Shown: positions 1 through 11,229, numbered from the stretch's first letter. The stretch is DNA of 64,000 nucleotides from an uncultured Flavobacteriales bacterium (GCA_905478555.1 CAJQIZ010000009.1:53247-117246), one strand, 5' to 3'. The notes: generated by a model from the letters alone, not told the origin. A program made the numbers and translations.

Positions 1-588
1 ACCAAAATAAATAACAGAAATACCAAAAATAGATATAGCTATAATAGATAACAGGAATCTATAATGAATCTTGGCAAATAACATTAACATCAATCCGTTA
101 AAGAAAACTAAAGCGGAAGTAGAAAAATTAGAAGGTAGGATTAAAACACAAATAATAACTAATGGAGATAACAAATACCAAATAAAACCTTTCCATTCTT
201 TCAAAGAACTTCTATACTTACTAATCTGTCGAGACATGAAAATCAACAACATTATTTTAGCAAAATCAGATGGCTGAAAAGAAAGTCCTCCCATAGAAAC
301 CCATCTTTTAGCTCCATTAATTTCAGGACCTAAAACCAAAACAAATAATAACAAAAAAATACTTACAACAATTCCAACTATACTCAATTTTGAAAAATAT
401 TTGAACTTTAATTTATGAATTACATACATAACTAAAAGACCCATTATTATATTTCTGATATGAGATTTTGTTGCCGATATACCCTCAACAGAAGCTACCA
501 CCAAAACAGAAGCAAATAGCAATAATATTACTACAGTCCAGATGGTTTTATCTCCCTCTACTTTTATATATTTTGAAAAAATCGACAT
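1..588 (-). CDS. ftsW: Cell division protein FtsW (5' part; runs off window edge)
   Basis: ATG at 588, translated by hand: MSIFSKYIKVEGDKTIWTVV..., with SEDS motifs GAKRWVS and FQPSDFAK; follows murD. Not in ORF track because truncated. Confidence 0.93.
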   Translation of the reverse strand, partial: MSIFSKYIKVEGDKTIWTVVILLLFASVLVVASVEGISATKSHIRNIIMGLLVMYVIHKLKFKYFSKLSIVGIVVSIFLLLFVLVLGPEINGAKRWVSMGGLSFQPSDFAKIMLLIFMSRQISKYRSSLKEWKGFIWYLLSPLVIICVLILPSNFSTSALVFFNGLMLMLFAKIHYRFLLSIIAISIFGISVIYFG

Positions 589-594
589 TAATAA

Positions 595-1911
595 CTATAA
601 ACTTCTTACTGATTTTTTAAATTCTAAACCTCTATGCTCAAAATTAAAAAACATGTCAAAACTAGCACATGCAGGAGAAAGTAACACAACATCCCCCTTT
701 GTAGCTAATTGATACGAATAAGCAACCGCTTCCTCCATTGAGTTTGCATTCACGATATTTTCAACATGATTAGAAAAAACGGAGTGAATGTTCTCTGTAT
801 TTTGTCCAATACAAATAATAGCCTTAACTTTTTCATCTACTAAACCTAATAGTTCAGAATAATCATTTCCTTTATCTACCCCTCCAACAATCCAAACAGT
901 ATCTTTATGCATAGTTTCTAGTGCAAACCAAACAGAATTAATATTAGTTGCTTTAGAGTCGTTAATAAACTCTATTCCATGTATGTTAATTACATGTTCT
1001 AATCTATGTTCTACATTCTTAAAATCTAAAAGAGCTTGTCTAGTAATAAAGTCTTTTACTTCTAATACTCTTGATGCTACTGCTGCAGCCATAGAGTTGT
1101 AGACATTATGTCTACCTTGTAATGCTAATTGCTGAATTGTCATTTTGTTATTATATATATTAATATTTATTTGTTCGTTTTTATAAAAAGCCGCATTATT
1201 TTCAAATTCCTTATGTAAACTAAATGGAATTTTAGTTGCTTTAGTTTCTGCTCTATTCTTTATATTCTCATCATCATAATTAAAAATGAATACATCTTTT
1301 TCTGTTTGATTATTAGTAATCTTTAATTTTGATTTTACATAATTCTCAAACTTATCATCATACCTATCTAAATGATCAGGAGTAATATTTAGCAGAATAG
1401 CAACATCTGCTTTAAAATCTACAATACCATCTAACTGAAAGCTACTCAACTCTAATACTATATAATCATAATCTCTTTCTACTAATGATTTCGCAAAACC
1501 AGTACCCACATTTCCAGCTACTAACACATCATATCCTGCTTTTTCTAAAATATGACCTACTAAAAGCGTTGTAGTAGTTTTTCCATTACTTCCAGTTATT
1601 GCTACAATCTTGGCATTTGTATATCTATATGCAAATTCTACCTCCGAAATAATTGGAATTCCACTATCTTTAATATCTGATATCAATTTAATTTTATCAG
1701 GAATCCCCGGACTTTTAACTACCTCATCTGCAGAAAGAATTTCAGATAAAGAATGATTTCCTTCCTCCCATTTAATCTCATTATTTGCAAGAACTTCTTT
1801 ATCTGAAATCGTTCCTATATCAGAAACAAAAACATCATATCCATTTTTTTTTGCTAATAGAGCTGCACCTACTCCACTTTCACCACCTCCAAGTACTATT
1901 AGCTTTTTCAT
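595..1911 (-). CDS. murD: UDP-N-acetylmuramoyl-L-alanine--D-glutamate ligase
   Basis: GGGESG, GSNGKTTT, LELSSFQL, NDSKATN, SPACASFD; start refined to ATG 1911 (TAATG overlap with mraY stop). Confidence 0.97.
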   Translation of the reverse strand: MKKLIVLGGGESGVGAALLAKKNGYDVFVSDIGTISDKEVLANNEIKWEEGNHSLSEILSADEVVKSPGIPDKIKLISDIKDSGIPIISEVEFAYRYTNAKIVAITGSNGKTTTTLLVGHILEKAGYDVLVAGNVGTGFAKSLVERDYDYIVLELSSFQLDGIVDFKADVAILLNITPDHLDRYDDKFENYVKSKLKITNNQTEKDVFIFNYDDENIKNRAETKATKIPFSLHKEFENNAAFYKNEQININIYNNKMTIQQLALQGRHNVYNSMAAAVASRVLEVKDFITRQALLDFKNVEHRLEHVINIHGIEFINDSKATNINSVWFALETMHKDTVWIVGGVDKGNDYSELLGLVDEKVKAIICIGQNTENIHSVFSNHVENIVNANSMEEAVAYSYQLATKGDVVLLSPACASFDMFFNFEHRGLEFKKSVRSL

Positions 1912-3125
1912 TATCTTAATTTTAGAGTTACAATAGTTAAAACTGCTAACATGATTCCTACGATCCAAAATCGAGTAACAATTTTACTCTCATGATAACC
2001 TAACTTCTGATAATGATGATGAAGTGGAGACATCTTAAATACCCTCCTACCTTCTCCATATTTTGATTTAGTATACTTAAACCAACCTACTTGAATTACA
2101 ACTGATAAATTTTCAATTAAAAACACACCACATAAAATTGGTAACAATAATTCTTTTCGGATAAGGACAGCAACCACCGCAATAATTCCACCCAAAGCAA
2201 GACTTCCTGTATCTCCCATAAAAACCTGCGCCGGATATGAATTATACCACAAGAAACCAACACAAGCTCCAACAAATGCTGACATAAATATTACAATCTC
2301 CCCAACATTAGGTAGGTACATAATATTTAAATAATCTGCTGCAATAATATTACCAGATACATAAGCAAAAATAGCAAGTGTTGCACCAATAATCGCTGAA
2401 GTACCAGTAGCTAGACCATCTAATCCATCCGTTAAATTAGCTCCATTCGAAACGGCCGTTATAATAAAAACAACAATTAAAATAAATAATATCCACCAAT
2501 ATTCCCCAGCATAATAACCCATCCATTGGGTTAAATTCTGATAGTCAAATTCATTATCCTTCATGAACGGGATAGTTGTTTTTGCACTTTTAGTTACATC
2601 ATCTGCCACATTAACTATACTATTTTCAGTATTAATACTTACTTGATCTTTTACTACAATGTCAGAATGAAAAACCATTATTAACCCAACAATAATTGAT
2701 ATGCCTACCTGACCTAAAATTTTAAATCTACCAGCAAGCCCTTTTTTGTCCTTCTTATAAACCTTTATATAATCGTCTATAAAACCAATAGTACCCAACC
2801 AAACTGTAGAAATTAACAAGATAATTATATAGATGTTATTTAACTGAGCAAAGAATAAGGTTGGGATGATAATAGCTGAAATAATAATAATCCCTCCCAT
2901 GGTAGGAGTCCCTTTTTTACTTTCCTCTCCATGTAAGCCTAATTCTCTTACCTGTTCTCCAATTTGTTTATTTCTAATAAAATTAATTATTCTACCTCCA
3001 AAAAGCAAAGACACAACCAAGGAAGTGATTAGTGCAATTGCAGCACGAAATGAAATATATTGAAATACACCAGCACCTGGCATATTATAATTTTCATTAA
3101 GGTATTCAAATAAGTTATATAGCAT
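1911..3125 (-). CDS. mraY: Phospho-N-acetylmuramoyl-pentapeptide transferase
   Basis: [35 protein letters not shown]. Confidence 0.98.
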   Translation of the reverse strand: MLYNLFEYLNENYNMPGAGVFQYISFRAAIALITSLVVSLLFGGRIINFIRNKQIGEQVRELGLHGEESKKGTPTMGGIIIISAIIIPTLFFAQLNNIYIIILLISTVWLGTIGFIDDYIKVYKKDKKGLAGRFKILGQVGISIIVGLIMVFHSDIVVKDQVSINTENSIVNVADDVTKSAKTTIPFMKDNEFDYQNLTQWMGYYAGEYWWILFILIVVFIITAVSNGANLTDGLDGLATGTSAIIGATLAIFAYVSGNIIAADYLNIMYLPNVGEIVIFMSAFVGACVGFLWYNSYPAQVFMGDTGSLALGGIIAVVAVLIRKELLLPILCGVFLIENLSVVIQVGWFKYTKSKYGEGRRVFKMSPLHHHYQKLGYHESKIVTRFWIVGIMLAVLTIVTLKLR

Positions 3126-4587
3126 TTTCTGTATTTATATTTAAAGATTCAATTAATTCTGAAACATCATCAAAAGGATGTTTCACTCCATTTATATCTT
3201 GATATTTTTCATGTCCTTTTCCTGCCAAGAGAACTACATCCCCTTTATTAGCTAGAGCACATGCTGTTTTTATTGCTTGCTTTCTATCATGAATAATTAA
3301 AATTTTCTTTTTCTGCACCGGATCTAATGAAGAAATCATATCTTCAATAATAGAGTCTAGATTCTCTGTTCTAGGGTTGTCAGCCGTAACAATAACCTGA
3401 TCCGACATATTAGTTGCTATAGAAGTCATTTCTGATCTTTTCTCTGTATCTCTATCTCCTCCACATCCGAAAACCATAATTAGTTTCTCGGTATCAGTTC
3501 TTATATTATTTATTGTTTTCAGTACATTTTCATAAGCATCTGGAGTGTGCATATAATCTACTATTCCTGTAATACTCTCTGAATTTCTAACCGTATGAAA
3601 CCTTCCTTCTGCTGGATTCAAATTACTAATTTTCTCTAAAACATCCGTCTCATTTAAACCTAACTGAACAGATGTAGAGTAAATAGCTAAAAGATTATAC
3701 GCATTAAACTCTCCAATAATTTTAACCCAAATTTCATGATTTTGTATGTTCAAAAACATACCATCAAACCTACTTTCTAAAACCCTACACTTATAATCCG
3801 CCATTGTTTTCAAACTATATGTAATCTTAAAAGCAGATGTGTTAGAGGTCATAATTCTACCATTCTTATCATCTTTATTAGTGATAGCAAATGATGTAGA
3901 TCCTAATTCATCAAAGAATTTTTTCTTTGTAGAAATATACTCTCTAAAGTCTTTATGATAATCTAAATGTTCGTGCGTAATATTGGTAAAGATACCTCCT
4001 TCAAATTTCAGATTCGAAACTCTATTTTGATGAATTGCGTGAGAACTCACTTCCATAAAACAATAGTCACATCCCGCATTTACCATATCAGAAAGCATTT
4101 GATTTATCTTAAGAGAGTCTCCAGTAGTATGAGTGCTTTTCACAGAGATAGTACCAATCCTATTTTCAATAGTAGAAAGCATACCCGATGGATAACCTAA
4201 ATCTGTAAATAACTGATGCAATAGAGTAACGATCGTAGTTTTTCCATTCGTTCCGGTAACACCAACTAACTTTAGCTTTTCAGAGGGATTATCGTAGTAA
4301 TTAGCCGCAATTATAGACATAGATGTAGACGAACATTCCACCACAACATAACAAATACCCTCTTGTTTATTTTCAGGAATATTTACTACAACAACAGATG
4401 TAGCACCATTTTTTATTGCAGTATTTATATAATCATGACCATCTACCGTTACTCCTTTAATAGATATGAATAAATCAGAATTCATCACTTTTCTAGAATC
4501 AAACTCTATCTTAGAAACCTCTACTAAAGAGATATTTCCGATTACATATTTAATAGAAACACCATATAATAAATCAGATAACTTCAT
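3115..4587 (-). CDS. murE: UDP-MurNAc-dipeptide--meso-DAP ligase
   Basis: [25 protein letters not shown] (meso-DAP specificity), GKGHE. Confidence 0.97.
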   Translation of the reverse strand: MKLSDLLYGVSIKYVIGNISLVEVSKIEFDSRKVMNSDLFISIKGVTVDGHDYINTAIKNGATSVVVVNIPENKQEGICYVVVECSSTSMSIIAANYYDNPSEKLKLVGVTGTNGKTTIVTLLHQLFTDLGYPSGMLSTIENRIGTISVKSTHTTGDSLKINQMLSDMVNAGCDYCFMEVSSHAIHQNRVSNLKFEGGIFTNITHEHLDYHKDFREYISTKKKFFDELGSTSFAITNKDDKNGRIMTSNTSAFKITYSLKTMADYKCRVLESRFDGMFLNIQNHEIWVKIIGEFNAYNLLAIYSTSVQLGLNETDVLEKISNLNPAEGRFHTVRNSESITGIVDYMHTPDAYENVLKTINNIRTDTEKLIMVFGCGGDRDTEKRSEMTSIATNMSDQVIVTADNPRTENLDSIIEDMISSLDPVQKKKILIIHDRKQAIKTACALANKGDVVLLAGKGHEKYQDINGVKHPFDDVSELIESLNINTENAI

Positions 4588-6677
4588 TATGATAATTTTA
4601 ATTTCACGATTAAATTTTTTTTAATTTCACTTCCCTCCTTAAGGGATTGAGAAACTACCTTACCTACTCCCTCAAATTCTACCTTTATATTATTATTTTC
4701 TAGAATATATAACACATCCATAATTTCCATTCCGTATAAATTAGGGAAAGTACCCTTCTCTAATTGGTATATCAATTTCATTCTTTGTTCATAATTGAGA
4801 GATTCTTTTTCTAAAAGTTTCTCATCATTAATCCTATCCATATTTAAATCTGATTTAATAACCAAATTAGAAAAATATTCCATCTCAGAATCAAAAGCAA
4901 ATACCTTATCAGATATTTCTTTAAATACAGGAGCAGAAACCTGTCCTCCGTAATGATTATGATTCGTTGTATCTATAAAATCATGTATAACAACAATGCA
5001 AGAATATTTAGGATTATCTGCCGGGAAAAAACCTGCAAAAGAAGCGGTATAACTTCTATTGTATTTTGTCTTTTTACTCCAATTCCAGAACTCATTTTTC
5101 ACTGTTCCTGTCTTTCCCGCTATGGTGTATTTTTCTGTATAGATGTTACTTGCAGTACCGTTAATCTTGTCTGTAATCCAGTTTTCTCTCTGATTACTCA
5201 CCACTTGCTCCATATAAGGAATGATGGATTTAATAGTTTTTTCAGAACATATTCTCTCATTAATTATTCTAGTAGGGAAAGACTCAATCACAACTGATTC
5301 ATCCTTTATAGTAGAAACAAATTTTGGCATAACCATAACACCATTATTAGCTACAGCATTGTAAAAAGTTAGTATTTGTAATGGAGAAATGTGCATTTCA
5401 TAACCATAGGACATAGATGGTAATGTAGTACCAGACCAAAGTTTATCCGTAGGTTTCCTTACAATCATTGACGACCTGAAAGGAAGTTGTAAATCTAAAG
5501 GTTCAGTAAGATTATACTTCTGAAGGTTTGAATAAAATTTCTCTGGTTGTGATTTATAAGAGTCATTAACTACTTTTGAAATAGCTACATTAGAAGAAAC
5601 TACAAAAGCATCTCCAAAAGAAATTTTACCATAACCACCACGCTTAGTATCTGAAATTCTAGACTCATAAAAATAAGTAAAACCCTTCTCTGTATCTACA
5701 GAATCAGTTAAACTAATATATCCATCTTCTAAAACAGAAATAAAGGAAGCTAACTTAAATGTAGATCCAGGGACAATTTCAGAAACAATAGCATGATTTC
5801 TAGAATCAAAATAAGAGGAAGAATCTTTACTTCTGTGTAAGTTAGCAATAGCTTTAATGTTTCCCGTTTCCACCTCCATTAACACTACAGTTCCCCACAA
5901 TGCCTTTGTTTCCATCAACTTATTTCTCAATGACGATTCTGCAGCATCCTGGAATTCAATATTGATTGTTGTTACAACATCTTTTCCAGCTACTGGAAGT
6001 ATGTTTTCTTCAGACCTTTTTGGAATATAGTATCCTCCAGAAATTTTTTGATTCATCTCCTTTCCAGGTATTCCCTGCAAATACTTGTTAAAGGCTTTTT
6101 CAATTCCATTTTCTGGTATTATGGAGTCGCTCTCAATTTTCACCCAACCAATAGTTCTTTTAGCTAAAGTTCCGAAAGGGTAATCTCTAGTACTTCTCAT
6201 CTCTGACATAAAACCACCACCATAAACTCCAAGATTAAAGATTGGAAAATTTTTCATTTCCTGTAACTGAATATAACTTACTTTTTTCTTCAATAAAAAA
6301 TATCTATGACCCTCTTTTTTCTTAAATCTTAACAAACTTTCATAGTAAGTAGCAGGTTTATCAGAAGAAAACAATTTACTTAATTTTTCAGAAAGTTCTT
6401 TAATATGAAGATTAAAAACTTCATCATCTATAGTTACCAAGTCTAACCTTACATCATAAACCGGCATAGTAACCGATAATATCCTACCATCTTCTGACAA
6501 TATATTCCCTCTTGGAGCCTCAAGAATCTTAACTTTTGGAGCATGAGTAATAGTAATTACTTCAGTATTCGAATATTGAATAGCTACTAATCTGAAACTA
6601 ATAAATACAAAAAGGATGAATACTGCTAGGAATGAAGACATCAACCACCAATTTTTATTTGATTTTATTTTAGTCAT
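4587..6677 (-). CDS. ftsI: Penicillin-binding protein 3 (transpeptidase, C-terminal PASTA)
   Basis: STFK, SSN and KTG motifs; N-terminal TM; dcw position. Confidence 0.93.
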   Translation of the reverse strand: MTKIKSNKNWWLMSSFLAVFILFVFISFRLVAIQYSNTEVITITHAPKVKILEAPRGNILSEDGRILSVTMPVYDVRLDLVTIDDEVFNLHIKELSEKLSKLFSSDKPATYYESLLRFKKKEGHRYFLLKKKVSYIQLQEMKNFPIFNLGVYGGGFMSEMRSTRDYPFGTLAKRTIGWVKIESDSIIPENGIEKAFNKYLQGIPGKEMNQKISGGYYIPKRSEENILPVAGKDVVTTINIEFQDAAESSLRNKLMETKALWGTVVLMEVETGNIKAIANLHRSKDSSSYFDSRNHAIVSEIVPGSTFKLASFISVLEDGYISLTDSVDTEKGFTYFYESRISDTKRGGYGKISFGDAFVVSSNVAISKVVNDSYKSQPEKFYSNLQKYNLTEPLDLQLPFRSSMIVRKPTDKLWSGTTLPSMSYGYEMHISPLQILTFYNAVANNGVMVMPKFVSTIKDESVVIESFPTRIINERICSEKTIKSIIPYMEQVVSNQRENWITDKINGTASNIYTEKYTIAGKTGTVKNEFWNWSKKTKYNRSYTASFAGFFPADNPKYSCIVVIHDFIDTTNHNHYGGQVSAPVFKEISDKVFAFDSEMEYFSNLVIKSDLNMDRINDEKLLEKESLNYEQRMKLIYQLEKGTFPNLYGMEIMDVLYILENNNIKVEFEGVGKVVSQSLKEGSEIKKNLIVKLKLS

Positions 6678-6985
6678 TAGTTTCTTTCAATTATATATGG
6701 AAGTTTTTTGGAGGTTTGCAAACCGGTGCCTTCTACTCTCTTTTCAATTACTGACCTTTTATAAAGGTGCATCATATCTGTTTTTAAAGACATAGACTTC
6801 ATACCTAAATCAAAAATTTTCTGCTCTGATTTTCTAATTTCCACATTAGTAGTTTCCGATTTAAATGAAATAGATATCATTACTACAACAATAAACACTA
6901 CAAAAAAAATAAATAACATATTACTAGATATACCTCCTTTATCAAAGAAGTTGATTTTTAATATTTTTGTACTATCTTTTAACAT
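6677..6985 (-). CDS. ftsL: FtsL-like cell division protein
   Basis: Small TM plus coiled-coil protein between rsmH and ftsI. Confidence 0.8.
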   Translation of the reverse strand: MLKDSTKILKINFFDKGGISSNMLFIFFVVFIVVVMISISFKSETTNVEIRKSEQKIFDLGMKSMSLKTDMMHLYKRSVIEKRVEGTGLQTSKKLPYIIERN

Positions 6986-7880
6986 CTACCTTTTCTGCTA
7001 TTCTTAATTTAGCACTTCTCGATCTATTATTTTGTCTTTGTTCTTCTTCAGAAGCAACAATTACTTTTCTATTAACTTCTTTTAAATCTTTTAAAACATT
7101 TCCGAAAAAATCCTTCTCTACTTCTCCAGAAAAACCTCCTCTTTTAAACAAATTCTTCACCAATCTATCTTCCAAAGAATGATAAGACATTACTACAAAC
7201 CTACCTCCGACATTCAATAATGAAACCGAATCCATTAACATCATTTTTAATGATTCTATTTCATCATTTACTTCAATTCTGATAGATTGAAAAACCTGAG
7301 ATAAGAACTGACTTCTTCTCTTTTCAGGGACTAAACCACATAAAATATCCACTAAATCGGAGGTGGTTTTTATTTCTTCACTCTCCCTATATTTTACAAT
7401 TAGATTAGCCGCTTTTCTAGAATGACGGATTTCCCCATAATTAAAAAATACATTAGCCAAATCTTCTCGTGAATACTCATTCAATACTGATCTAGCTGTT
7501 AACTCAGAAGAAACATTCATTCTCATATCCAAGTCTGCATCAAAACGAAATGAAAACCCCCTTTCCGGCACATCAAATTGATGAGAAGAAACCCCTAAAT
7601 CTGCTAGAATACCATCTATCTTCTTCACTCCCTCTAGCCTTAAAAATCTTTTAATATTTTTATAATTAGTCTGAATAAGTTTGAAATTATCATCCTCAAT
7701 TAAATTTTGCAAAACATCAGAATCCCTATCAAAAGAATATAATTTTCCACAAGTCAGATGTTTTAATATCTCTTTAGAATGACCTCCTCCTCCGAAAGTA
7801 ACATCTACATAAATTCCTTTAGGGTTAATATTTAAACCCTCAATACATTCTTGTAATAATACCGGTCTATGATAGGTCAT
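6972..7880 (-). CDS. rsmH: 16S rRNA m4C1402 methyltransferase
   Basis: HRPVLL, DVTFGGGGHS, DLGVSSHQFD, SYHSLEDR, RSAKLR. Confidence 0.98.
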   Translation of the reverse strand: MTYHRPVLLQECIEGLNINPKGIYVDVTFGGGGHSKEILKHLTCGKLYSFDRDSDVLQNLIEDDNFKLIQTNYKNIKRFLRLEGVKKIDGILADLGVSSHQFDVPERGFSFRFDADLDMRMNVSSELTARSVLNEYSREDLANVFFNYGEIRHSRKAANLIVKYRESEEIKTTSDLVDILCGLVPEKRRSQFLSQVFQSIRIEVNDEIESLKMMLMDSVSLLNVGGRFVVMSYHSLEDRLVKNLFKRGGFSGEVEKDFFGNVLKDLKEVNRKVIVASEEEQRQNNRSRSAKLRIAEKVDVKR

Positions 7881-8337
7881 CTGAATGAGATTGGTTACCC
7901 ATCACTTCCTCTGCTAAAGATCCAAAATCAACAAGAGATTCTTTTACTACTCTCTCGTATTCATCTTTATCCCAAATTTCAATCATATTTACTGATGAAG
8001 CCAGTACCAAGTTTTTTGAGATATCAGCAAAAGAAATTAAATCTTTCGGAATTAAAATTCTACCTGTAGTGTCAATTTCTAACATTTTCAACCCCGACAT
8101 ATACGACCTAATAAAATCGTTATTCTTTTTCACAAAGCGATTTAATTTATTAACCTGACCAATCATAGATTCCCATTCTTTCATAGGATATAACTCTAAG
8201 CAGTTATTAAAAACACTTCTCTTTAAAACAAACCCTTCATTCACCACCGAGTTCAATTGTTTTTTTAATGATACAGGCATCATAAAACGACCCTTGAAGT
8301 CTGTCTTACATTCATATGTCCCGATTAAATTCATCAT
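7867..8337 (-). CDS. mraZ: Transcriptional regulator MraZ
   Basis: Two DxxGR motifs (DFKGR, DTTGR), IEIW; first gene of dcw; start refined to ATG 8337 or 8334. Confidence 0.96.
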   Translation of the reverse strand: MMNLIGTYECKTDFKGRFMMPVSLKKQLNSVVNEGFVLKRSVFNNCLELYPMKEWESMIGQVNKLNRFVKKNNDFIRSYMSGLKMLEIDTTGRILIPKDLISFADISKNLVLASSVNMIEIWDKDEYERVVKESLVDFGSLAEEVMGNQSHSDDLS

Positions 8338-8380
8338 TTTGTGTGTGTGTTTGTAATTTTTGGTAAAGATACAAAATTGC

Positions 8381-8405
8381 CCCACACTTTACCACTATCT
8401 ACCAC
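8381..8405 (-). promoter_or_regulatory. MraZ operator: three GTGG(T/G) direct repeats at 10-bp period
   Basis: Minus strand reads GTGGT-AGATA-GTGGT-AAAGT-GTGGG just upstream of mraZ, matching the known MraZ-box architecture. Confidence 0.85.
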
Positions 8406-8522
8406 TTTGTTAATAACTTTACCCACTCCACTTTACATCACTAGGTTAAATGAAATGAACAATAGAGTATAAAGGCGTTTAAAATAATTTTGTTTATTTT
8501 TGCAATTAATAAAATCATATCA

Positions 8523-9278
8523 ATGATAAAAGAAGAAGGGAAATTCAAATGGATAGAGGAAGGTGAAGAAGGACAGCCAATCATTCTATTGCACGGACTT
8601 ATGGGAGGTGCCGAAAACTTTGGAGAAATGGTAGATTTTATCTCTAAAAAATACCATGTTTACGGATTAGATTTAAAACTTTTTGAAGGAAACATATTAA
8701 AAGTATCAGTTAAAAACTTAAGTGACTATCTATGTGAATTTATGAATCAATTAGGATTAAAAAGTGCTGTACTTATTGGTAATTCTATGGGAGGTCATAT
8801 TGCATTAATATTTGCAAAAGACTACCCAAAAATGGTAGATGGTTTAATTTTAACTGGAAGTTCTGGTCTATTTGAAAGCTCTATGGGGAATTCATTCCCA
8901 AGAAGAGGAGACAAAGATTACATTAGAGTAAAAACAGAAGAGGTTTTCTACGACCCAAAAGTAGCTACAGATGAATTAGTAGATAGAGTATTTGATATAG
9001 CAAACAACAGAATGTCTGTTTTAAAATTATTAGGATACGCAAAATCAGCTATCCGACATAATATGGCAAACGATATTACTAACATCAATAAAGAAACTTG
9101 CTTAATATGGGGATCAGAGGACAAGGTTACCCCACCTCATGTAGCAGAAGAGTTTCATAAATTAATGCCTAATTCAGAATTGCATTGGATTCCATTATGC
9201 GGACATGCTGCAATGTGGGAACATCCTAAGAAATTCAGTGAAATTGTTCTTACATGGATGGAAGAACACAATCTTTAA
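8523..9278 (+). CDS. Alpha/beta fold hydrolase
   Basis: LHGLMGG, GNSMGG nucleophile elbow, catalytic D and GH; TATTTTTG promoter upstream. Confidence 0.92.
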   Translation: MIKEEGKFKWIEEGEEGQPIILLHGLMGGAENFGEMVDFISKKYHVYGLDLKLFEGNILKVSVKNLSDYLCEFMNQLGLKSAVLIGNSMGGHIALIFAKDYPKMVDGLILTGSSGLFESSMGNSFPRRGDKDYIRVKTEEVFYDPKVATDELVDRVFDIANNRMSVLKLLGYAKSAIRHNMANDITNINKETCLIWGSEDKVTPPHVAEEFHKLMPNSELHWIPLCGHAAMWEHPKKFSEIVLTWMEEHNL

Positions 9279-9290
9279 TACCTAAATTTA

Positions 9291-9905
9291 ATGAAAATTA
9301 AAAGTGCCGAATTTGTAATCAGTAACACTGACTACAAATTATGTCCAAAAGAATCTTTAGCAGAGTACGCTTTTATTGGAAGATCTAATGTAGGAAAATC
9401 TTCTCTAATCAATGGATTAGTAGATAGAAAAAACCTTGCTAAAACTTCTGGAAAACCTGGAAAAACACAACTAATAAATCATTATAAAATTAATAATAAT
9501 TGGTTTTTAGTTGATTTACCGGGATACGGATACGCATCTACATCAAAAAAAAATAGAGAGATGTTTAAAGGCATGATCAATAAATACCTTATTAATCGTG
9601 AAAACTTAATTTGTCTTTTTGTTTTACTGGATATAAGACACAAGCCACAAGACATTGATTTGGAGTTTATGATGAAAATGGGGGAACTAGGAACTCCATT
9701 CGTAATTGTTTTCACAAAATCTGATAAAATATCTCAAACTCAAATAAGCAAAAACTTAGATCATTACAAAGAAGAAATGTTAAAGAATTGGGAATATCTT
9801 CCTGAGATATTTGTCACCTCTTCTGAAAAAAGAATAGGAATGAAAGAAATTATACAGTTTATAGGAAAACATAATCAAGATTTTGAACCTACTTTGAGTC
9901 GATAA
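9291..9905 (+). CDS. yihA: Ribosome biogenesis GTPase YihA/YsxC (EngB)
   Basis: GRSNVGKSS, PGKT, DLPGYG, TKSDK. Confidence 0.97.
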   Translation: MKIKSAEFVISNTDYKLCPKESLAEYAFIGRSNVGKSSLINGLVDRKNLAKTSGKPGKTQLINHYKINNNWFLVDLPGYGYASTSKKNREMFKGMINKYLINRENLICLFVLLDIRHKPQDIDLEFMMKMGELGTPFVIVFTKSDKISQTQISKNLDHYKEEMLKNWEYLPEIFVTSSEKRIGMKEIIQFIGKHNQDFEPTLSR

Positions 9906-10221
9906 TTTTTGTTTGTTCAGCAAAAAACTCACAATAATCTTTTAAAGCTCCCGCTAATCTTTCATGACCGGTAGATTTTTCTAATGTATTGGCCATAGAT
10001 GTGAGTGTTTGATGGTACATGATAAACATTTCATTTACCATCATATCTTTAGTCCAAAGATCTACACATAAAGTCTCCTTAGTACTTGCATCCCACGCTG
10101 CAATCATAACTGATTTCAGATTAATATTCTCTGCTTGTTTATCTGTAGAATTCATTACAATTTTTTTTGGAACATTGTTTTCATCTAATTCTAAATCGAA
10201 GGAAAGGATTGATTTTTTCAT
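9889..10221 (-). CDS. gldC: Gliding motility protein GldC
   Basis: ELDENNVP, DLWTKDM signature; downstream of gldB. Confidence 0.93.
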   Translation of the reverse strand: MKKSILSFDLELDENNVPKKIVMNSTDKQAENINLKSVMIAAWDASTKETLCVDLWTKDMMVNEMFIMYHQTLTSMANTLEKSTGHERLAGALKDYCEFFAEQTKIIDSK

Positions 10222-10222
10222 T

Positions 10223-11197
10223 TTATGGTCTGTATTTTGATTTTAAAAGTATTTCTTGGGGATTATTATTACTCATTAAAGATTGCAAAGAAACATCTGT
10301 ATTATTCATATAGCTATCTACAATTTGATATCCAACCCAATTACCTATTCTTCCTGGAGATTCCTTAGGCATTCCTCTAGTAAATGGAGCAGAATTAAAA
10401 AAGGAATAATATTTCTCTACATCTTCAGAATACATCAATTCTAACTCCATTATTTCGTTCCAAATATTATGTTCGGAAACAGTACACCACATTAAATCTT
10501 CCTTCGAAAAACGAAACACAACATCTAATTCTTCTTCAGGAATAAATTGATTGATTAAGTACATTATTTTACCTTTGAAAATTAATTCTTCCTGAAAATT
10601 ATTTATTTCATTTGAGTTCCAGAAAGAACTAGACAACCAAAATTCTAAAGCATCAGCAATCATGTACTTTCTATCGTACCTTACTTTTTGATACTCGTAG
10701 ACATCATTTATAAAAGAGTTTTTATCCAACAAATAGAACTCTAATCCTACAACTAAATTATTGTCAAAAGAATTAATTGCAGTAGTGTTATAGGAGTTGA
10801 GAAAAACTGTTTTTTCTGGAATAACAGCATCTGGAAAATGAAACAAAAATCTTCCGAAAGCAGGATTTAGTTTATCAGAAATTTCTTTTACATCTGGATA
10901 AGATTTGCTTATTTCTTTATTAAAATCTATAACATCTGAATTGTCATTAAATAAAGTAATATTAGATCTCTTAATAGAATCATTTGAGAGAGGAATATAC
11001 ATTACATCAGAAATAAAATAATCTACTAATTGAGGGAATTCAGATTCTAATTCACCTAATATCTCATTATAATTTAGTTCAGTTATAGAATGAAATTGTT
11101 TATCAAATCTGAAAACAGGAATATCTATTTCCTTTACCCCTGTATTAAGACAAGAGGATAAAGTGAAAAATAATAATAGTAATTTTATGAATTTCAT
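10223..11197 (-). CDS. gldB: Gliding motility lipoprotein GldB
   Basis: Start refined to 11197 giving lipobox TLSSC; APFT..ESPGRIGNWVGYQIV, SKYRP C-terminus. Confidence 0.9.
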   Translation of the reverse strand: MKFIKLLLLFFTLSSCLNTGVKEIDIPVFRFDKQFHSITELNYNEILGELESEFPQLVDYFISDVMYIPLSNDSIKRSNITLFNDNSDVIDFNKEISKSYPDVKEISDKLNPAFGRFLFHFPDAVIPEKTVFLNSYNTTAINSFDNNLVVGLEFYLLDKNSFINDVYEYQKVRYDRKYMIADALEFWLSSSFWNSNEINNFQEELIFKGKIMYLINQFIPEEELDVVFRFSKEDLMWCTVSEHNIWNEIMELELMYSEDVEKYYSFFNSAPFTRGMPKESPGRIGNWVGYQIVDSYMNNTDVSLQSLMSNNNPQEILLKSKYRP

Positions 11198-11202
11198 TAA
11201 TG

Positions 11203-11218
11203 CAAATGTATAAATTTG
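11203..11218. promoter_or_regulatory. Back-to-back Bacteroidota -7 promoter elements for gldB (-) and nadE (+)
   Basis: TACATTTG on minus (11210-11203) directly abuts TAAATTTG on plus (11211-11218). Confidence 0.7.
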
Positions 11219-11229
11219 TAAATTATAAA

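Noticed and set aside
71-277. 68-aa plus-strand ORF
   Set aside because: Shadow ORF antisense to the truncated ftsW.
3115-3125. No murF between murE and mraY
   Set aside because: Normal for Bacteroidota dcw clusters; murF usually lies elsewhere.
8340-8350. (GT)5 dinucleotide run in the mraZ leader
   Set aside because: Too short to support phase variation.
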